A stretch of DNA of 64,000 bases from Clostridia bacterium. Lineage in GTDB: Bacteria > Bacillota > Clostridia > TANB77 > CAG-508. A model generated the notes under the pieces. It searched no databases. It had not been told where the DNA came from and saw only the letters and a list, made by a program, of their open reading frames with translations. This document shows, one piece after another, positions 58,810 to 64,000 of the stretch. The stretch covers positions 1 through 64,000 of the forward strand of contig JAZUKI010000004.1 of the NCBI GenBank assembly GCA_045643205.1. Reading direction: 5' to 3'. Position 1 is the first letter of the stretch. Each line of letters opens with the position of its first letter. Both the position numbers and the translations under genes were made by a program.

Positions 58810-61471
58810 TGGCAATTCAATAATGAATAGAGCTTTCTATGGTATTTCTGCACCAATGAGTACTGAAGACGGAAAGCAAACTAATGCATTATATGGATTC
58901 TTAGCTATTATGTTTAAAAATATGGAAGAAGTTAATCCTGATTATATGTTAGTTGCATTTGACTCAAAAACAGCAGCCAACGTTAGAAAACAACAATATT
59001 CAGGGTATAAAGCATCACGTCATGGTATGCCAGAAGAACTTGCATATCAAATGCCTGAAATAAAAGAGATTCTTGATGCAATGAATATTAAACATCTAGA
59101 ATTACCAGATTTTGAAGGTGATGATATCTTAGGAACAACTGCAAAAAAATTCGCCTCTAATGATGTTGAAGTTTTTATTCTTTCAGGAGATAGAGATTTA
59201 TTTCAATTAGTTCAAGACAATATAACAATAAGAATTCCTAAAACAAAAATGGGAAAAACAGAAACAGAAATTTATGATGTTAAAAAAGTAGAAGAAGAAT
59301 ATGGGCTAGAACCATCTGATCTAATTGATTTAAAAGCATTGATGGGAGACTCATCAGATGAAATACCAGGTGCACCAGGTGTTGGTCCAAAAACAGCAAC
59401 AACATTACTTCAAAAATTTAAATCAATAGATGGAATATATGAAGCACTTCAAAATGAAGAATATGCAAAAGATTTTAAACCAAAAGTTAGAGAGAGTTTA
59501 GAAAATAATAAAGAATTAGTTGATATATCAAAAGTTTTAGGAGCAATAAAATTAGATGCAACTGTAACTGACAACATTGATGAAATTAAAGTTTCTGAAT
59601 GGAATAAAGAAGAAGTTGTAAAACAATTTAATAAATACAAATTTAAAAAATATTTAAGCAAATTTGGACTTGAAGGTGTTTCTACAACAAGTGATGCAGG
59701 CGAATCAATTATTGATGAAAAAGAAATCGAACCATTCTTAAATGTAGAAATTATCACAGATTTAGCAGATGCTAAATTAAGTGATAAAATAATTATGTAT
59801 GTTGAAACAAAACCAATAAATGATGAAACTAGAATTATAAAAAAAGACATAGTAGGAATTGCATTATATAATGAACAAAATAACAAAGTAGTTTATTTAA
59901 ATAATCCAAGCGATGAACAATTAAAAGAAATAGCAGAAAATAATTCTGAAAAAATTGGATTTAATTTGAGTGAACTTTATGTTTTATTAAAAGAAAAAAA
60001 TATCAATTTAAATAATATGAAATTCAATGCTGAAGTTGCTGCATATAACATTAATCCGACAAATGCTAAACATACATTAGAAGAGATTGCATTTCAATAT
60101 TTAGAAATTAATTTAGAACAATATAAAGGAGAAAAGCAAACTTCATTATTCGAAGAAAATGTTTCTAGTGATAAAAAAGAACTTGGCGCATATATTTTTG
60201 CTATAAAGAAATTTTATGAAATGGCATTAAAAAAATTAGAAGAAGAGGGTGCACTAAAATTATTTAATGATATTGAAATGCCATTAATTAGAGTTCTTGG
60301 CGACATGCAATTTAATGGAATGATGTGCATAGAAGAAGTTCTACAAGAGTTTGGTAAAATGTTAAAAGAAGAAATAGACCAATTAACTCATGAAATATAT
60401 GATGATGCTGGTGAAGAATTTAATATTAATTCAACACAACAATTAGGCGTTGTATTATTTGAAAAACTGGGACTTCCAGCACCTAAGAAAAATAAAAAAG
60501 GATATTCAACAGATGTTGATACACTTGAAAAAATTGCTTATATGCATGATATCGTTCCTAAAATTTTACAATACAGAACTTTATCAAAATTAAATTCTAC
60601 ATATATAGATGGATTAATACCTTGCATTAATCCAAAAGATAATAGAATACATTCAACATTCAATCAAACAATTACAACAACAGGAAGAATTAGTTCTACA
60701 GATCCTAATTTACAAAACATCCCAGCAAGAGATGAATTAGGAAAAAATATAAAGAAAGCATTTGTTCCAAAACAAGGTTATGTTTATATAGATGCTGACT
60801 ATTCACAAATTGAACTTAGAGTTTTAGCACATATGTCTCAAGATGAAAATATGTTAAATGCATTTAGAAATGATGAAGATATTCATAGAGAAGTAGCTTC
60901 AAAAGTTTTTAACACACCATTTGATGAAGTAACCAAAGAACAAAGATCAAGAGCAAAAGCGGTTAACTTTGGCATTGTTTATGGAATAACAGGATTTGGA
61001 TTGGCAAATCAAATTGGAACAACAAATAAAGAAGCAACAAATTATATTAATAGTTATCTTGAAAAATATAGTGGCGTTAATGAATACATGAAAAAGCAAG
61101 CCGATAAAGCTAAAGAAACTGGCTATGTCGAAACTTTATTTGGTAGAAGAAGATATATTTCGGAATTAAAATCTTCAAATTATATGGTTAGAGAATTTGG
61201 AAAACGTGCCGCTATGAATTCACCAATTCAAGGAACAGCAGCAGATATTATGAAAATTGCTATGAATAAAGTTTATGATGAACTAGAAAAAGCAAAGATT
61301 GATGCTAAAATTGTTCTACAGGTACATGATGAATTGATCATTGAAGCTAGTGAAGAATGTAAAGAAAAAGCAAAAGAAATATTAAAGAATTCAATGGAAA
61401 CAGCAGTTAAATTAGATATCCCACTAAAAGTTGAATTAGAAGAGGCAAAAACTTGGTATGATGCCAAATAA
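58787..61471 (+). CDS. polA: DNA polymerase I
   Basis: LLIDGNS...RAFY, EGDD, LMGDSSD.IPG..GVGPKTA, TGRISS.DPNLQNIP, ADYSQIELR, KAVNFGIVYG, LQVHDEL. Confidence 0.98.
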   Translation: MKKILLIDGNSIMNRAFYGISAPMSTEDGKQTNALYGFLAIMFKNMEEVNPDYMLVAFDSKTAANVRKQQYSGYKASRHGMPEELAYQMPEIKEILDAMNIKHLELPDFEGDDILGTTAKKFASNDVEVFILSGDRDLFQLVQDNITIRIPKTKMGKTETEIYDVKKVEEEYGLEPSDLIDLKALMGDSSDEIPGAPGVGPKTATTLLQKFKSIDGIYEALQNEEYAKDFKPKVRESLENNKELVDISKVLGAIKLDATVTDNIDEIKVSEWNKEEVVKQFNKYKFKKYLSKFGLEGVSTTSDAGESIIDEKEIEPFLNVEIITDLADAKLSDKIIMYVETKPINDETRIIKKDIVGIALYNEQNNKVVYLNNPSDEQLKEIAENNSEKIGFNLSELYVLLKEKNINLNNMKFNAEVAAYNINPTNAKHTLEEIAFQYLEINLEQYKGEKQTSLFEENVSSDKKELGAYIFAIKKFYEMALKKLEEEGALKLFNDIEMPLIRVLGDMQFNGMMCIEEVLQEFGKMLKEEIDQLTHEIYDDAGEEFNINSTQQLGVVLFEKLGLPAPKKNKKGYSTDVDTLEKIAYMHDIVPKILQYRTLSKLNSTYIDGLIPCINPKDNRIHSTFNQTITTTGRISSTDPNLQNIPARDELGKNIKKAFVPKQGYVYIDADYSQIELRVLAHMSQDENMLNAFRNDEDIHREVASKVFNTPFDEVTKEQRSRAKAVNFGIVYGITGFGLANQIGTTNKEATNYINSYLEKYSGVNEYMKKQADKAKETGYVETLFGRRRYISELKSSNYMVREFGKRAAMNSPIQGTAADIMKIAMNKVYDELEKAKIDAKIVLQVHDELIIEASEECKEKAKEILKNSMETAVKLDIPLKVELEEAKTWYDAK

Positions 61472-61586
61472 GACAAAACAAGCAAGATAATATTACAAAA
61501 ATATAATAATACAAAGGTTGAAAAATAAGGTATTTTGTTATAACATCAATTTGTGTTACACACATACAAATGAGAGGAGATTTAGA

Positions 61587-61907
61587 ATGGACAACGAAAA
61601 TATGAATGAAGAAAATAATATAGTTACTTTAAAAGACGAGAAAGGTAACGATGTACGTTTTGAATTTTTAGATTATATCCAATATTTAGGTGAAAATTAT
61701 GTAGTTTTATTACCAGCTGATGAAGATTCTACAGAAGTTCTAATTCTTAAAGAAGGAAAACAAATTATTGATGGAACTGAAGATGTTGAATATACAACAA
61801 TAGATGATGAAAATGAAACTAAAGAGGTTTTTGAAATTTTCAAAGATAAATTCAAAGATGAATTTGATTTTGAAGATGATGAAGACGAAGATGAAACTGA
61901 AGAATAA
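61587..61907 (+). CDS. DUF1292-family acidic protein
   Basis: IVTLKDEKG..V.FE.LD.I.Y....YVVLLP...IDDE.E...VF..F; ATG 61587 after GAGGAG. Confidence 0.85.
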   Translation: MDNENMNEENNIVTLKDEKGNDVRFEFLDYIQYLGENYVVLLPADEDSTEVLILKEGKQIIDGTEDVEYTTIDDENETKEVFEIFKDKFKDEFDFEDDEDEDETEE

Positions 61908-61920
61908 TTAAATAATTAGT

Positions 61921-61953
61921 AAAGCCTTTTGTTTCAAACAAAAGGCTTTATTT
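61921..61953 (+). terminator. intrinsic terminator
   Basis: aaagccttttgttt-c-aaacaaaaggcttt inverted repeat followed by T-rich bases. Confidence 0.75.
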
Positions 61954-62006
61954 CGTGAAGATAAGTAGTTTTATTTATCAAAACTTTTTAATGAAAGAGG
62001 ATAAAT

Positions 62007-62477
62007 ATGAGAAGTCTAATGAACTGGATAATTGCATTTTTTATGGGTGCATTTACTATTTTTAGAACTATAGTATCATTGATGGATGCAAGAGGAGAAG
62101 AGTTTTTTGTAAAGCCTTTAGATCCAACAGTAGAATTAGTATTGTTATTTGTTGCTTTAGCATGCATTGTTATGGTATTTAAAAGATTAAAACTTGGTGG
62201 AATATTGTATTTAGTAGCATATTTAGGCTATTTTGGCGCTGATATTGTTAGTCACATTCAACCATTAATGGACGGAGAACAATTACCTAGTGGTATGGGA
62301 ATACAACTATTTTGTTCTGCAATTGGAGTAGTTTTAGCTGTTATTGTTATGATAGATCTTTTAACTGATCATGTAAAAAAATCAGATGATACAAAAACTT
62401 CGTGGTTCTATAATAATTCTGATTTAGATAGAAAGAAAGATGAAAGAGAAGACACACATAATTACAGAATTTATTAG
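62007..62477 (+). CDS. hypothetical membrane protein (4 TM)
   Basis: GAGG RBS, four hydrophobic segments, charged C-terminus. Confidence 0.75.
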   Translation: MRSLMNWIIAFFMGAFTIFRTIVSLMDARGEEFFVKPLDPTVELVLLFVALACIVMVFKRLKLGGILYLVAYLGYFGADIVSHIQPLMDGEQLPSGMGIQLFCSAIGVVLAVIVMIDLLTDHVKKSDDTKTSWFYNNSDLDRKKDEREDTHNYRIY

Positions 62478-62510
62478 AATAAGGAACGGAAAACACACAA
62501 ATAAATTTAT

Positions 62511-62548
62511 AAAAAACACTTTAATTTATGGATTAAGGTGTTTTTTTA
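62511..62548 (+). terminator. intrinsic terminator
   Basis: aaaaaacactttaat-ttatgg-attaaggtgtttttt. Confidence 0.75.
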
Positions 62549-62681
62549 TGCATATTTGTTATATAATTTATGCGAAATTTAAAGAAAAACAAAACTACAA
62601 TAAAATAGATATAATTGAAAGAAAATTAGAGAAAGAATTAAAGAAAATATTAAAGAAAATATTAAAGAAAGCGAGGTTGTT

Positions 62682-63293
62682 ATGAAAGTTTTATTTGCAA
62701 CAGGAAATCCATCAAAAGCAAAAAGATTTTCAGAAGGATTAGCTAAAAATGGAATAGAGGTAATTTCATTAAAAGATATTGATACAAAAGTTGATGTTGA
62801 TGAAAATGGAAATGATAGAGTTGAAAATGCATTAATAAAAGCAAGAGCATATAATCAAGCAACAGGAATGCCAACAATAGGAATGGATGACAACCTTTAT
62901 TTAGAAGGAGTACCAGAAGACAAGCAACCAGGAATGTTTGTGAGAAGATTAGATAAAAAACATGAATCATCAGACAATGAGTTATTGGAATATTATATAA
63001 ATTTAGTTAAAGAGTTCGGCATAAATGGAAAATTAGAAGCAAAGTGGAAATACGGAATGGCTTTAATAAATAATGGAAAAGAATATACTTATACATGGGA
63101 AAAAGGTAATATGTATATAGTTGATAAAGCATCAAGTATAATTAATCCTGGATATCCGATAAATTCAATTTCAATAAATAAAACTTTAGGAAAATATTTT
63201 ACGGAAATGACAAAAGAAGATCATAAAAAAGTTAAACAAAGTGAAGATCATGTTATAGATTTTATAGTTAATAGTTTGAATGATAGCAAATAA
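62682..63293 (+). CDS. Ham1/ITPase-like non-canonical purine NTP pyrophosphatase (divergent)
   Basis: VLFATGN.SK, E.G....ENA.IKA, D..L...G....PG...RR. Confidence 0.8.
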   Translation: MKVLFATGNPSKAKRFSEGLAKNGIEVISLKDIDTKVDVDENGNDRVENALIKARAYNQATGMPTIGMDDNLYLEGVPEDKQPGMFVRRLDKKHESSDNELLEYYINLVKEFGINGKLEAKWKYGMALINNGKEYTYTWEKGNMYIVDKASSIINPGYPINSISINKTLGKYFTEMTKEDHKKVKQSEDHVIDFIVNSLNDSK

Positions 63294-63350
63294 AAGTTAG
63301 CAAAAATAAAATGAAATCATAACAATATGAAATAAAATGGAGAATTAATA

Positions 63351-64000
63351 ATGATTAACAACGAAAATGGAAATAATAAAAAATCAATTTCACTTGTAAG
63401 TATTATAATTATTATACTTGCAGGTTTGTTAATCATAGGATTACTAGTACTAGATATTAATAATTCTTTAACTAATATTAATAAAATTAGTTTAGCTCAA
63501 CAAGAAATAATTGCTACTAAAGAAGATAATGAAGAACAAAATAAAAAACAAAACGAAAATGAAAAACAAAACGAAAATTCTAAAAAAGAGAATGAAAGTA
63601 AAAATCAAAAAACGCAGCAACCTAATGAACAAAAACAAGTAGAACTACAAAATAAAATACAAGAACAAGAAAAAAAGCAAGAACAAAATAATCCAGAACC
63701 AATAGAAGCAAAAAAACAAGAAGAGCAACAAGTAAAACCTGAAACAACAGAAACAAAGCAACCTACAAAGCCTGCACAAAGCAGTGGAGGAAAGATATTT
63801 TTAACTTTTGATGATGGTCCAAGTGATGAATACACAGGAAAAATTCTAGACATTTTAAAAAAATATAATGTAAAAGCAACTTTCTTTGTAACAGGAAGAG
63901 GTAGCGATGCATTAATAAAAAGAGAATATGATGAAGGGCATAGTATAGGACTACATAGTTATACTCATACATATAAAACTGTTTACGAATCAGAAAAAGC
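63351..64000 (+). CDS. membrane-anchored polysaccharide deacetylase (CE4/NodB), truncated by window end
   Basis: ATG 63351 after GGAG; TM segment, Q/E/K/N-rich linker, then IFLTFDDGP, ILDILKKYNVKATFFV, GHSIGLHSYTH in the same frame. Confidence 0.92.
   Translation, partial: MINNENGNNKKSISLVSIIIIILAGLLIIGLLVLDINNSLTNINKISLAQQEIIATKEDNEEQNKKQNENEKQNENSKKENESKNQKTQQPNEQKQVELQNKIQEQEKKQEQNNPEPIEAKKQEEQQVKPETTETKQPTKPAQSSGGKIFLTFDDGPSDEYTGKILDILKKYNVKATFFVTGRGSDALIKREYDEGHSIGLHSYTHTYKTVYESEK

Noticed and set aside
1614-61586. Longer ORF-track starts for rpsP (1614), rplS (3311), murC (21872), 36492, 57721 and 61518
   Set aside because: Downstream ATGs have better-spaced RBSs and match the family N-termini
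62638-62670. 12-bp tandem repeat ttaaagaaaata (~2.7 copies)
   Set aside because: Short AT-rich intergenic duplication with no spacers; not CRISPR- or iteron-like enough to call
62440-62685. 81-aa ORF between the membrane protein and the Ham1-like gene
   Set aside because: Spans a clear terminator, overlaps both neighbours and is low-complexity
2134-63972. Numerous 60-180 aa antisense or out-of-frame ORFs inside long genes (e.g. 4183-4551, 25597-26007, 34037-34582, 59449-59886, 63605-63853)
   Set aside because: Shadow ORFs of well-supported genes, with no RBS or recognisable motifs
1-64000. CRISPR arrays, tRNA/rRNA genes, riboswitches, IS elements, prophage genes
   Set aside because: No repeat-spacer periodicity, no GC-rich structured RNA-like intergenic segment, and no transposase, integrase or phage protein recognised; small RNAs could be missed by eye

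Overview
A 64-kb chromosomal window from a very AT-rich Firmicute (Clostridia-like, judged from gene content and order). Nearly all genes are on the + strand. It holds, in order: the ffh-rpsP-khpA-rimM-trmD-rplS cluster; ruvA-rarA; an SPFH gene; an 11.4-kb Tad/Flp-like filament locus (7341-18789); a transglutaminase-like gene; murC with an unusual C-terminal extension; spoVG, uppP, deoD, recD2 and a ComF-family gene; a large ABC-dependent cell-surface polysaccharide/glycosylation locus; ruvB; a QueH-GNAT fusion; a 799-aa orphan with ADP-ribosyltransferase-like motifs; ATP-grasp and CotH genes; an acyl-CoA ligase, an MFS transporter and dtd; a Fic toxin with an unannotated VbhA-like antitoxin; an HEXXH protein; polA; and a truncated polysaccharide deacetylase. 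The best candidate for an undescribed system is the Tad-like locus. Its six pilin-like genes cannot encode a class III leader because each has an in-frame stop just upstream. Four of them start with a conserved M(D)ENAS motif, no prepilin peptidase lies in the window, the ATPase has a predicted membrane anchor, and TadB and TadC appear fused. The second candidate is MurC, which carries a Cys-rich metal-binding-like segment and an Asn/His/Tyr-rich prion-like tail. I saw no rRNA, tRNA, CRISPR array, transposase or integrase. All calls come from reading motifs by eye; no database search was run.
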